The notes: a model not told the origin generated them from the sequence alone. A stretch of DNA of 64,000 nt from Gammaproteobacteria bacterium (GCA_015491815.1 WFVC01000038.1:2095-66094); one strand, 5' to 3'. Positions 10,801-21,135 are shown, counted from the first letter of the stretch. Numbers and translations: made by a program.

Positions 10801-12726
10801 TTAACCCTCCAAATGACTACGGCCGCGGCTCACGATTTCTTCGGTGATTTTCTCGGCAAATGATGCAATGCTCATTCCGCCCAGATCCTCACCGCCTCGT
10901 GTGCGCACGGCCACAGTTGAATTTTCAACTTCCCGATCCCCGGCAATTAGAAGATAGGGCGTTTTCTGTAACGTGTGTTCGCGGATTTTAAAGCCTACCT
11001 TCTCATTTCTCAAGTCGGCAATGGCGCGAATCCCCTGTTTTTGCAGTTTTTCTGTCACACTCTCTACATAATCGGCCTGATTATCGGTAATTCCCATCAC
11101 CACCACCTGATGGGGAGCCAGCCACAGGGGGAAGGCGCCGGCATAGTGCTCGATGAGAATACCGATGAAACGCTCCAGCGAACCCAGAATCGCACGGTGC
11201 AGCATCACCGGTGTCCGCCGCGAACCGTCTTCCGCTACATACTGGGCGTCCAGTCGTCCCGGCATGTTGAAATCCACCTGAATGGTGCCGCACTGCCACA
11301 CTCTGTCTAAACAGTCACGCAGGGAAAATTCGATTTTCGGGCCGTAAAACGCGCCCTCGCCCGGTTGCAGTTCCCACTGCAGATCCTTGGCGTTAAGCGC
11401 CGTGGCCAGCGCCGCCTCGGCTTTCTCCCAGACCTCGTCCGAGCCCACCCGTTTTTCCGGACGGGTGGAAAGTTTGATGATCACATCATCGAAACCAAAA
11501 TCGCGGTAGACCTCGAACAGCAAATCGATAAAGTCTGAAACCTCCGACTGGATCTGATCTTCGGTACAGAAAATATGCGCATCGTCCTGGGTGAAGCCAC
11601 GCACGCGCATCAGTCCATGCAGGGTGCCGGACGGCTCATTGCGATGACAGGAACCAAACTCGGCCATGCGCAGGGGCAGATCGCGATAGCTTTTTAAGCC
11701 CTGATTGAAAATCTGAATATGGCAGGGACAGTTCATGGGCTTGACCGCATACTCACGGTTTTCCGAATGAGTGGTGAACATGTCATCCTTGAATTTATCC
11801 CAATGACCGGACTTCTCCCACAGCACCCGATCCGCCAGATTGGGCGTACGCACTTCGCCGTAGCCGTGTTCGCGCAGCAATTTACGCACATATTGCTCGA
11901 TTTCCTGATACAGCACCCAGCCGTTGTCGTGCCAGAACACCATCCCCGGCGCTTCTTCCTGCGAGTGAAACAGATCCAGCTGCCGACCCAGCTTGCGGTG
12001 ATCCCGCTTCTCGGCTTCCTCCAGCCTGTGTAAATAGGCTTTAAGCGCCTTCTTGTCATTCCAGGCAGTGCCGTAAATACGTTGCAGCATTTCGTTGTTT
12101 GAATCACCGCGCCAGTAGGCGCCGGCCAGCTTCATCAGTTTAAAGGCCTTAATTTTGCCGGTCGATGGCACATGCGGGCCACGACAGAGATCGGTAAAGT
12201 CACCCTGCGTATATAAGGAAAGGGTCTGATCTTCAGGAATGGACTCGATAATCTCGGCTTTATAATTTTCACCCAGCTCACGGAAATACCGAATCGCCTC
12301 GTTGCGCGACATGGTCGAGCGCTCGATGGGGATATCCTGCTTCACCAGCTCCTTCATTCTTTTCTCAATCAGCGCGAGATCAGATTCGGCAAAGGATTCC
12401 TCACGGGCGAAGTCATAATAAAAGCCGGCATCCACCACCGGACCAATGGTCACCTGGGTCTCAGGAAAGAGCTGCTTCACCGCCTGCGCCATCAAATGCG
12501 AAGCCGAGTGGCGAATAATATCCAGCCCTTCCTCATCCCGATCCGTCACCAGCGACAGACTTGCGTCATGATCAATGAGATAAGCGGCGTCGACCAGTTG
12601 CTCATCCACCTTACCGGCCACCGTCGCGCGCGCCAGACCGGCGCCAATATCAGCGGCCACCTCCATCACGGTAACAGGATTTTCAAACTTGCGTTTGGAG
12701 CCATCGGGAAGTGTAATTACAGGCAT
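10801..12726 (-). CDS. thrS: Threonine--tRNA ligase
   Basis: 641 aa beginning [28 protein letters not shown]..., with TGS, editing, class II core and anticodon-binding domains. Confidence 0.95.
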   Translation of the reverse strand: MPVITLPDGSKRKFENPVTVMEVAADIGAGLARATVAGKVDEQLVDAAYLIDHDASLSLVTDRDEEGLDIIRHSASHLMAQAVKQLFPETQVTIGPVVDAGFYYDFAREESFAESDLALIEKRMKELVKQDIPIERSTMSRNEAIRYFRELGENYKAEIIESIPEDQTLSLYTQGDFTDLCRGPHVPSTGKIKAFKLMKLAGAYWRGDSNNEMLQRIYGTAWNDKKALKAYLHRLEEAEKRDHRKLGRQLDLFHSQEEAPGMVFWHDNGWVLYQEIEQYVRKLLREHGYGEVRTPNLADRVLWEKSGHWDKFKDDMFTTHSENREYAVKPMNCPCHIQIFNQGLKSYRDLPLRMAEFGSCHRNEPSGTLHGLMRVRGFTQDDAHIFCTEDQIQSEVSDFIDLLFEVYRDFGFDDVIIKLSTRPEKRVGSDEVWEKAEAALATALNAKDLQWELQPGEGAFYGPKIEFSLRDCLDRVWQCGTIQVDFNMPGRLDAQYVAEDGSRRTPVMLHRAILGSLERFIGILIEHYAGAFPLWLAPHQVVVMGITDNQADYVESVTEKLQKQGIRAIADLRNEKVGFKIREHTLQKTPYLLIAGDREVENSTVAVRTRGGEDLGGMSIASFAEKITEEIVSRGRSHLEG

Positions 12727-12983
12727 ATCAGCACCTTGTTCAGCCAGTGGTGACCCCTACCAAAGGCCACATGAGGCGTTATTATTTTGAACCGGTAGAG
12801 GCTGGTAAACCCCTCTACATCGTTGAAATAAATGCGAATGAATGTGTACTTCGCAGCAAAGCGCGAACTTTACAGGAATCAGAATTGGCCGTAAAGCCGG
12901 GGCCGGCGTTGCAGGCTGTGGGGGATTAACCCCACAAAGATGAAAACTGAGATTGAATGCGAGAGCAGTGAGAATTAACCGTT

Positions 12984-13415
12984 TCAGGCTCGATGCACCG
13001 TCACCTGTTGGCTCTCACTGTGCAAAATTTTACAGGCCTGTTCAACGATGTCACTGTCACCATGAACAATCAACAGGTTCTGTCCGAGCATGACCGCCTG
13101 TTCGTACTGCTTAATACAACTTCTGGGAATACCCATATTATAAAGCATCGCGCCGAAAGCGCTAAAACCACCATTGATAACCGCATTCGCAGTTCTTTTC
13201 AGGTTTGTTTGAACATCACATTCCCAGTAACAACGACTTTCGCCAACATTATAAAAACCGATTGGATACGCATCGCTTCGGTAAACTTTGCTGGCAATAA
13301 ACACCTGTTTAAGATCAAGCCCCGCTTTTTGCAAATCCTCAAGCGCCTGCTCAGTCGCCTGATGAGTCGGGTAAATAGAAATACAACTGTTTTTTTTACT
13401 CATCGCCTTATTCAT
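12984..13415 (-). CDS. Small stress-protein-like protein (YflT / general stress protein 17M-like ends)
   Basis: The N-terminus ISIYPTHQATEQALEDLQKAG and C-terminus GIPRSCIKQYEQAVMLGQNLLIVHGD resemble the two ends of the 24304-24891 protein and of B. subtilis YflT. This is an alignment by eye only. Confidence 0.45.
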   Translation of the reverse strand: MNKAMSKKNSCISIYPTHQATEQALEDLQKAGLDLKQVFIASKVYRSDAYPIGFYNVGESRCYWECDVQTNLKRTANAVINGGFSAFGAMLYNMGIPRSCIKQYEQAVMLGQNLLIVHGDSDIVEQACKILHSESQQVTVHRA

Positions 13416-13498
13416 TATAATTTTACAACTCTAAACCGGGCGATGCGCCGGTTTAAGTGCTGAATAAGCATATTTTGAAATACAGGCGCTAATATAGC

Positions 13499-13514
13499 TG
13501 TCACACAGGTGACA
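13499..13514 (+). promoter_or_regulatory. Operator-like site S0: TGTCACACAGGTGACA (fully palindromic half-sites TGTCA-N6-TGACA)
   Basis: It is part of the 7-4-7 inverted repeat CTGTCAC-ACAG-GTGACAG. It lies about 90 nt upstream of the 12984-13415 gene and just after the Crp/Fnr gene stop. Confidence 0.6.
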
Positions 13515-13572
13515 GACACAGAATATTAAAGATCAACAGCCACTGGCAGAAAACGGTAATAGCTTACGCCAA

Positions 13573-14331
13573 TCAGGAAACCTTCTTCTGTTGTTTCGTA
13601 TGAGCCAAGGCGTCCCCGGCATATTCCTGCAGAACTTCCAGATCTGCAACCTCGGTGTGAAACTTATGTTTGTGTAACACACCCTGTTTTCGCCAGTGCT
13701 GAAGATGTCGATTAACAACCTGACGCACTGAGCCCACCATCCGCGCCAAAGCATCATCATGCAGGTCATTAATTAATTTTAGAGGATGGTGATGGCGACT
13801 ATTGGCGGACTCCGGGTGATGCGGCGCAACATGGCGCAATATTAAACGAGCCAGTCGCGTCATGGTATCGTGCAGAGCAAGATCGGTCGCCAAATCTTCC
13901 ATTTGCCGCATCTGCTCTCCCAGATAAGGCAGAAAATTTCGATTAAATTCATGATGCCGGTCGATCCATGCACGGGCATCCGGTATGGGCACAGAAATCA
14001 GGGCGACATCGTCCAACGCTACTGGTGTAATTTCATGTGGTTGAGTATATAGCAGGGTCGCCATATCAATACCATCACCCGGCCCCAGTAAAAACAGGGT
14101 AATGCTTCGCCCTGTTTCCGGATTGATACGCATCACTTCGAGGCGACCTTCAATCAACAAATAAAAACGCTCCTGAAAAATGGCAGGATCCAGTTGTACG
14201 CCACGACGCCAGGTATCGCGCCGGAATAATGACAACATGTCATCGAGCAACTCGTCCTCCAGTCCTGCAAACAGCGGAGAGTGCGTCAATATATCTTTAC
14301 AATGGCGATAGTAAACAGGATCCCGTTTCAT
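13573..14331 (-). CDS. Crp/Fnr-family transcriptional regulator (cNMP-binding-like sensor plus C-terminal HTH)
   Basis: It has a beta-roll effector domain (FYLLIEGRLEVMRINPETGRSITLFLLGPGDGI) and a C-terminal HTH (DDALARMVGSVRQVVNRHLQHWRKQGVL). It has only one Cys, so it lacks an FNR-type Fe-S cluster motif. Confidence 0.8.
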   Translation of the reverse strand: MKRDPVYYRHCKDILTHSPLFAGLEDELLDDMLSLFRRDTWRRGVQLDPAIFQERFYLLIEGRLEVMRINPETGRSITLFLLGPGDGIDMATLLYTQPHEITPVALDDVALISVPIPDARAWIDRHHEFNRNFLPYLGEQMRQMEDLATDLALHDTMTRLARLILRHVAPHHPESANSRHHHPLKLINDLHDDALARMVGSVRQVVNRHLQHWRKQGVLHKHKFHTEVADLEVLQEYAGDALAHTKQQKKVS

Positions 14332-14516
14332 TTAACTGTCCCCCATGGAACATTTATAAAAGATCTGAAAGCTGGTCATCTAAACTCGATAACCGGATAA
14401 AGGCATTTCAGCAACACCGTGCAAAATTATGATTAATTCCACACGCTTCTTGCGTCTAACTATGCGACAACAGCATAACAGATAAATTCCGTTGACAGGA
14501 TAATGCAACGCTTGAG

Positions 14517-14532
14517 TGTCACCCAGGTTGCA
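14517..14532 (+). promoter_or_regulatory. Operator-like site S1: TGTCACCCAGGTTGCA
   Basis: It lies in the divergent intergenic region between the Crp/Fnr gene (start 14331) and glgP (ATG 14599). Confidence 0.6.
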
Positions 14533-14598
14533 TCGGACTAAAAACAGCTTATATACACTTCTTATACAGAATCTAACTTTAACTTAAGGGTGTATGCG

Positions 14599-17124
14599 AT
14601 GCCCGCCTTTTTACCACGTCCGTTACCGCAGGGACTCGAAGTGCTCACCGAGCTGGCGCTGGATTTGCGCTGGACCTGGAGTCATAGCGCTGATGCGCTC
14701 TGGCAGATGCTCGACAAAGAAGCCTGGGAGCGCAGTAAAAACCCCTGGATACTTTTGCAGGACGTATCTCAGCAGCGTCTGCAGCAGCTTGCCAATGATG
14801 CCGCATTCCGGCGGGAACTGAAACGTCTGTCTGCAGAACGGGACAATTATCTGGCTAATCCCGGCTGGTACAAAGAGGCGCAACCGCAGTTTGATATTGG
14901 CAAGGTCGCCTATTTCAGCATGGAATTCGGTCTTGGCGAAGCCCTGCCTGTCTATGCCGGTGGGCTGGGTATTCTTGCCGGCGATTTTCTTAAAACCGCC
15001 AGCGATCTGGGCATCCCGTTGGTGGGCGTCGGCCTGCTCTACCAGGAAGGCTATTTCCGGCAAATGCTCGATACCGATGGCCGTCAGCTGGCTGTGTATC
15101 CTTATAATGAACCCTCCACGTTACCTATTCAGCCCGTTCTCACTCAGACCGGAAAATGGTTGCATGTGCCCCTGAACCTGCCGGGACGGCAATTAAAGTT
15201 GCGCATCTGGCAGGTAATCGTGGGTCGGGTTCGCCTGTATTTACTGGACAGCAACGATCCACTCAACAGCCCCCGTGATCGCGGCATCACCAACAAACTT
15301 TACGACGCCAGCCACGAACTACGCTTTTTGCAGGAACTGGTGCTCGGCATCGGCGGCTGGCGCCTGTTGAAAGCCATTGGCGAAGAGATTTCAGTCTGTC
15401 ATCTCAATGAAGGACACGCCGCCTTTGTGGTGCTGGAACGCGCGCGCAGCTTTATGGATCAGGCAGGCTGTTCATTTCAGACAGCCCTGTGGGCCACCCG
15501 CGCCAGCAATGTTTTTACCACCCACACGCCGGTCGCGGCGGGTTTCGATACCTTCCCGCCGCAGTTCATCGATAAATATTTCCCGCTATTCCACAATTTC
15601 CTCAGCCATACCGGACTCTCGCTGCAGGCGTTGCTGGCGCTGGGCCGTAAAAATCCGGACGATCCGACGGAAGCATTTAATATGGCTTATCTGGCCATGC
15701 GCGGCTGTGCGCATACGAATGCGGTCAGTCGTCTGCACGGCGAGGTCAGTCGCCAGTTATTCTCTGATCTTTATCCACGCTGGCCACAGGCCGAAGTCCC
15801 GGTCAGCCATGTCACCAACGGCGTACACGTTCCGACATGGGATTCCCCCTGGGCTGATCAGATCTGGACTGAGGCCTGTGGCAAACAACGCTGGCTTGGC
15901 AGCACCGATGCTCTGCACCATTCTATCCAGACGCTGGACGATGAAACTCTGTGGAAGTTACGCGCCAGTGAACGCGAAGATCTGGTGCACTACGCACGCA
16001 AACGTCTGGCGCTGCAACTGGGTCAGGCCGGAGCCAGTCCGGAACAGGTCGAACAGGTGGCGCAGGTGCTGGATCCAAATGCATTAACTCTGGGCTTTGC
16101 CCGACGTTTTGCAAGCTATAAACGACCCAACCTGTTATTACACGATCGCCGGCGTCTGACAGCTTTATTGACGAACCCCGCACGACCGGTGCAGTTGATC
16201 ATTGCGGGTAAGGCGCACCCTGATGATCAAGAAGGCCAACGCATGATTCAGGAGTGGGTCAACTTTGTTCGCCAGCCGGCTATCCGCGGCCATGTTGTTT
16301 TTCTGGAGGATTATGACATTGCGCTGGCGCAACAACTGGTGCAGGGCATCGACGTCTGGATCAATACGCCCCGCCGCCCCTGGGAAGCCAGCGGCACCAG
16401 CGGCATGAAAATATTGGTCAATGGCGGACTCAATCTTTCGGAGCTGGATGGCTGGTGGGCCGAAGCCTGTTCGGAAGAAACCGGCTGGTCGCTGGGCGAC
16501 GGCAGGGAGCATGATGCGGATTTAAGCTGGGATGCCGTGGAAGCCGAACAACTTTATCAGCGTCTGGAAAATGAAATTATCCCCATGTTCTATACTCGGG
16601 ATACACAGGGTCTGCCGCGCGACTGGCTGATGCGTATCCGCAAGAGCATGGTGCAACTGGCGCCGCAATTCAGCAGCAACCGCATGGTGCAGGAATACAT
16701 CCGGCAGCTTTATCACCCCGCCAACACCGCCTATGAAAAACGCCGCGCGCAGCAGGGACAATTGGCCAAACAACTTCACGGCTGGCACAGCACGCTTAAT
16801 CTGCATTGGAAACAGATACACTTCGGCAACCAGACTGTCAACAATACGGATGACGGTTGGCAATTTCAGATACAGGTCTATCTCGGTGAAATTCTGCCTG
16901 AACAAATCCGGGTTCAACTTTACGCCGAGGGAATAGACGCTGACAGCCCTCAGGTGTATGACTGCGACTGCGGAGAAAAAATTACCGGCGCTATTCACGG
17001 TTACTGTTTTTACACAACGATTAGTACTAACCGGCCGGTAACAGATTTTACCGCGCGAGTCATTCCTTATCATGTTAACGCCTGCGTTCCAGCGGAAGTG
17101 CAACTGATTGTCTGGCAACACTGA
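14599..17124 (+). CDS. glgP: Alpha-glucan (glycogen/maltodextrin) phosphorylase, GT35 alpha-glucan family
   Basis: It contains LDLRWTWSH, NEGHAAF, HVTNGVH and the PLP-lysine region EASGTSGMK. The ORF track starts at a GTG (14590); the ATG at 14599 is preferred. Confidence 0.9.
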   Translation: MPAFLPRPLPQGLEVLTELALDLRWTWSHSADALWQMLDKEAWERSKNPWILLQDVSQQRLQQLANDAAFRRELKRLSAERDNYLANPGWYKEAQPQFDIGKVAYFSMEFGLGEALPVYAGGLGILAGDFLKTASDLGIPLVGVGLLYQEGYFRQMLDTDGRQLAVYPYNEPSTLPIQPVLTQTGKWLHVPLNLPGRQLKLRIWQVIVGRVRLYLLDSNDPLNSPRDRGITNKLYDASHELRFLQELVLGIGGWRLLKAIGEEISVCHLNEGHAAFVVLERARSFMDQAGCSFQTALWATRASNVFTTHTPVAAGFDTFPPQFIDKYFPLFHNFLSHTGLSLQALLALGRKNPDDPTEAFNMAYLAMRGCAHTNAVSRLHGEVSRQLFSDLYPRWPQAEVPVSHVTNGVHVPTWDSPWADQIWTEACGKQRWLGSTDALHHSIQTLDDETLWKLRASEREDLVHYARKRLALQLGQAGASPEQVEQVAQVLDPNALTLGFARRFASYKRPNLLLHDRRRLTALLTNPARPVQLIIAGKAHPDDQEGQRMIQEWVNFVRQPAIRGHVVFLEDYDIALAQQLVQGIDVWINTPRRPWEASGTSGMKILVNGGLNLSELDGWWAEACSEETGWSLGDGREHDADLSWDAVEAEQLYQRLENEIIPMFYTRDTQGLPRDWLMRIRKSMVQLAPQFSSNRMVQEYIRQLYHPANTAYEKRRAQQGQLAKQLHGWHSTLNLHWKQIHFGNQTVNNTDDGWQFQIQVYLGEILPEQIRVQLYAEGIDADSPQVYDCDCGEKITGAIHGYCFYTTISTNRPVTDFTARVIPYHVNACVPAEVQLIVWQH

Positions 17125-17239
17125 GACATCCAGTTTTACTACTCTGTGCTGATTATTGCTAATGTTATATCTTGCCGTTATCAGCATGGATCCACCGCTT
17201 GCGGCAGGATTCATAAATACAATTTCAAGGAGATATATC

Positions 17240-17563
17240 ATGCGTGATTACAGCAATATTCCTGTTCTTAACTGGGATGGAGAAATCAGTGCAAAAAAGG
17301 CAATGGCTCAGGTTCATCATGCCGAGCCGGTTATTCTGCAAATGCCTGAAAACTTTACAGCCGACATTGATATCACAGCCTGCGGCTGCAAAAGCGGAAA
17401 CGCTTTGATAAAGCATATTGATTGTCATGCCGCCGATACCCTCAGGGCGCTGGCGGCGACGAATGCCCTGCCCGAGCTTGCCGAACTGGCTGAAGTCGCT
17501 CACGAAGCCGGACAGGTTGTGGATATCGATGCCGATAAACACCGGATTGTTATTCACGATTAA
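17240..17563 (+). CDS. Hypothetical protein (107 aa)
   Basis: The ATG at 17240 is preceded by AAGGAG with 7-nt spacing, whereas the track ORF starts upstream at 17156. I recognise no family. Confidence 0.5.
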   Translation: MRDYSNIPVLNWDGEISAKKAMAQVHHAEPVILQMPENFTADIDITACGCKSGNALIKHIDCHAADTLRALAATNALPELAELAEVAHEAGQVVDIDADKHRIVIHD

Positions 17564-17601
17564 GCGCGATTTTCTCTGTTTGCTTCTCACAAATAGAAAT
17601 C

Positions 17602-18216
17602 ATGTTTACACTGAACCAATTTGCCTCCTGGTTAACCGACTCTCACTGGCCCTGCATCGTCATCAGCATACTGGTGTTTCTGGAGTCCAGTCCGGTTGTT
17701 GGCCTGTTTATTCCCGGTGTTCTGCTGCTGCCAGCCATTGGCGCACTGTCCGGCAGCAACATGCTGGAGTTTGAAAAAATATTCCTGTGTTGTCTGGCGG
17801 GCGCACTGATGGCGGACAGTCTTGGTTATGCTCTGGGTCGTCTGGGCTATGGCGAATGGCATCACCGCTTCAGCTCCCGAGGGCACAATCGGATCAGGCA
17901 ACAGGCCGGCAATTTTTTACATCACTATGGCGGGGTTGCAATCTTCGTCGGACGCATCATGTGGCTGATTCATCCACTGGTGCCAACGCTGGTGGGCGCG
18001 CTTGGCGCACCGGCCTGGCGATTCTATTTACTGGACACGCTGGCGGTTATTCTCTGGCTGGCGCTGGAATTAGGATTGGGTCACGGCCTGCTGGTCTACA
18101 CGCGACAGTTCACCGGCTCTTTTAGCGACTGGTTAATCATGTCGCTGGGGCTGCTTGTCGTGTTCATCGGAATCTACAGCTGGCGTCGACAATCTTATTT
18201 TCGAGATAATAAATAA
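17602..18216 (+). CDS. DedA/SNARE-associated family membrane protein
   Basis: It has the DedA-type re-entrant region VFLESSPVVGLFIPGVLLLPAIGALSG and multiple TM helices. Its 3' end overlaps the convergent TauE gene by 22 nt. Confidence 0.7.
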   Translation: MFTLNQFASWLTDSHWPCIVISILVFLESSPVVGLFIPGVLLLPAIGALSGSNMLEFEKIFLCCLAGALMADSLGYALGRLGYGEWHHRFSSRGHNRIRQQAGNFLHHYGGVAIFVGRIMWLIHPLVPTLVGALGAPAWRFYLLDTLAVILWLALELGLGHGLLVYTRQFTGSFSDWLIMSLGLLVVFIGIYSWRRQSYFRDNK

Positions 18217-18953
18217 CGAAAACCAATAATCAGCAACAGCACGGCAAACAGGCTACGCAAATGCAATTCCGGCAAGGACAGCGCCAGACGACTGCCCAGC
18301 CAGGCGCCAAGCAGGCCGCCGCTGATCAATCCCGGCAACAACGCCAGACGCACATGTCCATGCCGAAAATTTTCCAGACTTCCCGCCACCACTGCAGGAA
18401 TTCGGGCCGCCAGTGAGCAGCCCTGCGCCATTTGCTGCGGCATGCCGAGCCCCAGAACCAACAGCGGCGCCAACACCGGGCCACCGCTGACCCCCACGCT
18501 ACCGGCGACCAGACCTTCAATAACGCCCACGCCAATCAGATAGCCGATGCGCATCGAGTCGGTTAATTTCCAGTCACCCAGAAATTGTTCCCGCAACAAG
18601 AGAAACAGCGCACCGGTGATAATCACGACACTGAAAATACGACGCAAACGAAGACTGGAAAAATGCTCACTCCAGAGGCCCACAAAGGGCGTCACAATCA
18701 ATGCAGGGACAGCCACCAGCACCACCGCCAGCCAGTCTACCTGCGCAGCCTGCGCGTATAGAAACGTCCCAAACAGCGCAGGAAAAAAGGCTGCCGCCAG
18801 AGCGGTGCCTCGCGCTTCAAATTCAGACAAATGCAACCAGGACAACATCAAAGGGATAGTCAGAGTACCGCCGCCCAGACTGAACAAGCCGCCGCCCAAA
18901 CCGGCCAGCAGACCAATAATCAGAATTTTAATTTGCATGGGCATAGTGTACAT
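18195..18953 (-). CDS. TauE/SafE (TSUP) family anion exporter
   Basis: It is a 252-aa polytopic membrane protein with two Gly-rich repeat halves (GLGGGLFSLGGGTLTIPLM / GSVGVSGGPVLAPLLV). Confidence 0.75.
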   Translation of the reverse strand: MYTMPMQIKILIIGLLAGLGGGLFSLGGGTLTIPLMLSWLHLSEFEARGTALAAAFFPALFGTFLYAQAAQVDWLAVVLVAVPALIVTPFVGLWSEHFSSLRLRRIFSVVIITGALFLLLREQFLGDWKLTDSMRIGYLIGVGVIEGLVAGSVGVSGGPVLAPLLVLGLGMPQQMAQGCSLAARIPAVVAGSLENFRHGHVRLALLPGLISGGLLGAWLGSRLALSLPELHLRSLFAVLLLIIGFRYLLSRK

Positions 18954-18993
18954 TGCTATAAAATTTATTCTATACGCTAAAAAATAATCCGCC

Positions 18994-19009
18994 TGTCACT
19001 CAGGTTGCA
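18994..19009 (+). promoter_or_regulatory. Operator-like site S2: TGTCACTCAGGTTGCA
   Basis: It lies in the divergent intergenic region between the TauE gene (start 18953) and the zinc-ribbon gene (ATG 19099). Confidence 0.6.
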
Positions 19010-19098
19010 TCACCTTCATCCGACTGGGATTAAACTTTCATTAACCTGGTTAAGATAGCAACCATGCCTACGACAATTCAACGACAACGGAGAAAAAC

Positions 19099-19611
19099 AT
19101 GAATAAACCGTCACAACATGATCCGATTGACATACTTGGCGAAGTCTACGAAAAAATGTTCGAGCGCGTAGTCGAAGATTTCCACAAAGCGGAAAAAAAG
19201 ACCGACACCCTGTTACACACGCTTATTGATGAGGCCAGAGACAAGTTTATTGAACTGGGAGAAGTATCAAAAGAAGATGCGGAAAAACTGGGCGACTATC
19301 TCAAACGCGATATGACTCACGCTCTTCACTATTTATCAGAAACCGGCCATGAGCTGAGTGACTGGCTGGGATTTGAAACCGCACTGTATGAAAATGCGAT
19401 ATTTGATCTGCTCTTAAGCGCCGCCGATAAAACCACATTTGAGTTGCTGACTATGAAAGAAGCATTGCAACAGGCGGCAGTCTATCGCACTGGGGAAATT
19501 ACCGGCCCCGGTACGCTGATCTGTGACCAATGCGGGGAAAAGCTGCATTTTCAGAAAGCCGGAAGGATTCCCCCCTGTCCGAAATGTCATGCAACCACGT
19601 TTCATCGTTAA
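19099..19611 (+). CDS. Zinc-ribbon-containing protein (DUF1451-like)
   Basis: It has a helical N-terminal part and the C-terminal CDQCGEKLHF...PPCPKCHATTF Cys4 ribbon. Confidence 0.6.
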   Translation: MNKPSQHDPIDILGEVYEKMFERVVEDFHKAEKKTDTLLHTLIDEARDKFIELGEVSKEDAEKLGDYLKRDMTHALHYLSETGHELSDWLGFETALYENAIFDLLLSAADKTTFELLTMKEALQQAAVYRTGEITGPGTLICDQCGEKLHFQKAGRIPPCPKCHATTFHR

Positions 19612-19740
19612 TACCCGGTTTATGACAAATCAATCCCAGCCCGCCGTCGCACCTTCACGATCGGCGCAACGCTGAATGCAGGCAAATGATTATCTTGCAT
19701 AGATTCAAGTGATGTCTTCATATTCTTTTGCCTGATTTGA

Positions 19741-21135
19741 TTACAGTTCATATACCTGATGCAGTTCCGGCATTTCGACTCGGGTATTTTTTAATTTACT
19801 GGAAAAACTTCGCATACTCTCTTCTTCACCATGTACAAGAAAAGTTGTTTTTGGGTTCCCCGTCTGTTGATGCCAGGCCAGCAACTCCGCTTGATCAGCA
19901 TGAGCGGAAAATCCACCGATGGTGTAAATACCAGCGCGCACCGGAATCTCTTCACCAAAAATACGCACCTGTTCAGCTCCGTCAATAATGCGCCGCGCAA
20001 GGGTGCCCTGCGCCGCATAACCGACAAACACCACGCTGTTTTTATGATTCCACAGATTATGTTTCAGGTGATGTCGAACGCGCCCCCCTGTACACATACC
20101 GGAACCGGCCATGATCACCGCACCGCCATCGATCTGATTGATAGCCATAGACTCAGCGGTTTCACGGGTGAAATGCAGGCCGGGTAACTGAAAAGGATCA
20201 TGACCGTTATCTGATACTTTCAGTGTCTCCGCATCAAAACATTCGGGATGACGTTCGAAAATTTGAGTGGCAGAAATTGCCATAGGCGAATCGAGAAAGA
20301 CATTGGTGAAATGTTTGATCTGTCTGCTTTCTATCCCTTCGCGCAGGTAATAAAGAATTTCCTGTGCGCGCTCCAGCGCAAAAGTGGGAATGATGACATT
20401 GCCGCCTCGACCCAGGCTGTCGTTAATCACCACATACAGTTCTTCAATCGAGGGTTGCAGTTGCTTGTGCAGACGATCGCCATAAGTAGTTTCCATTACT
20501 ACCGTATCCACCTTTGGCGGCGTTGCCGGATTACGTAAAATCGCGCGTCCGCTATAACCAAGATCACCGGAGAACAATAACCGATGCGATCGCCCGTTTT
20601 CCTCCAGCTCCAGTAAAATACTGGCCGAACCAAGAATATGACCCGCATCAATAAAAGTGACGCGAATTCCCGGCGCCAGATCCACAGGCTGATCGTAACT
20701 AATGCGTCGACCAAAATATTCAAGACTGTTAAGCGCATCCAGTGTGGTATAAAGCGGCTCAATTTTTTTTGCATGATTGCCGCCATGACGACGCGCCTTG
20801 CGCATCTGGTAACGGGCCTCTTCTTCCTGCAGCCCGGCCGCGTCCAGCATCACCAGTCGCGCCAGTTCAACTGAAGCCGCTGTAGTGATCACCTCACCTG
20901 TAAAACCACGTTTAGCCAACAGGGGGATGCGCCCGCAATGATCAAGATGGGCATGCGTTAATAACAGATAATCAATCTCCGCCGGTTCAAATCCGAAAGC
21001 TGCAGAATTCTCCTCGGCAATTTCATGCCCGCCCTGATACAGGCCACAATCAATCAAAATCCGTTTGCCCGCGCATTCAAGCAAATGACAGGAGCCTGTG
21101 ACACTCTGATCAGCGCCGTGAAATGATATTTTCAT
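19741..21135 (-). CDS. MBL-fold metallo-hydrolase of the beta-CASP family (RNase J/CPSF-like putative ribonuclease)
   Basis: It has the HAHLDHCGRIP motif, a beta-CASP-sized insertion and a C-terminal H (…FSAHADQAELL…). Its ATG overlaps the upstream LOG gene stop (ATGA). Confidence 0.75.
   Translation of the reverse strand: MKISFHGADQSVTGSCHLLECAGKRILIDCGLYQGGHEIAEENSAAFGFEPAEIDYLLLTHAHLDHCGRIPLLAKRGFTGEVITTAASVELARLVMLDAAGLQEEEARYQMRKARRHGGNHAKKIEPLYTTLDALNSLEYFGRRISYDQPVDLAPGIRVTFIDAGHILGSASILLELEENGRSHRLLFSGDLGYSGRAILRNPATPPKVDTVVMETTYGDRLHKQLQPSIEELYVVINDSLGRGGNVIIPTFALERAQEILYYLREGIESRQIKHFTNVFLDSPMAISATQIFERHPECFDAETLKVSDNGHDPFQLPGLHFTRETAESMAINQIDGGAVIMAGSGMCTGGRVRHHLKHNLWNHKNSVVFVGYAAQGTLARRIIDGAEQVRIFGEEIPVRAGIYTIGGFSAHADQAELLAWHQQTGNPKTTFLVHGEEESMRSFSSKLKNTRVEMPELHQVYEL

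Noticed and set aside
14500-14517. TTGACAGGATAATGCAAC, just upstream of S1, as a second tandem operator (it contains TGACA-N6-TGCAA).
   Set aside because: The half-sites are in everted order relative to the consensus, and the conserved CAGGT core is absent. It may simply be a -35-like TTGACA, so I did not count it as a ninth site.
14517-14534. The recurring TGTCAC-N5-TTGCAT looks like a sigma-54 -24/-12 promoter (TGGCAC-N5-TTGCW) with exactly the right spacing.
   Set aside because: The near-invariant -24 GG is GT in all eight copies. Two copies (S0, S7) are symmetric TGTCA-N6-TGACA palindromes with no TTGC element, and S3 and S4 also deviate at -12. S0 points away from any gene in the promoter-like orientation. 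No enhancer-binding protein is encoded nearby. Because most sites lie in divergent regions, their apparently correct orientation carries little information. A dimeric transcription-factor operator explains more of the pattern, although a 5'-end mapping experiment would settle it.
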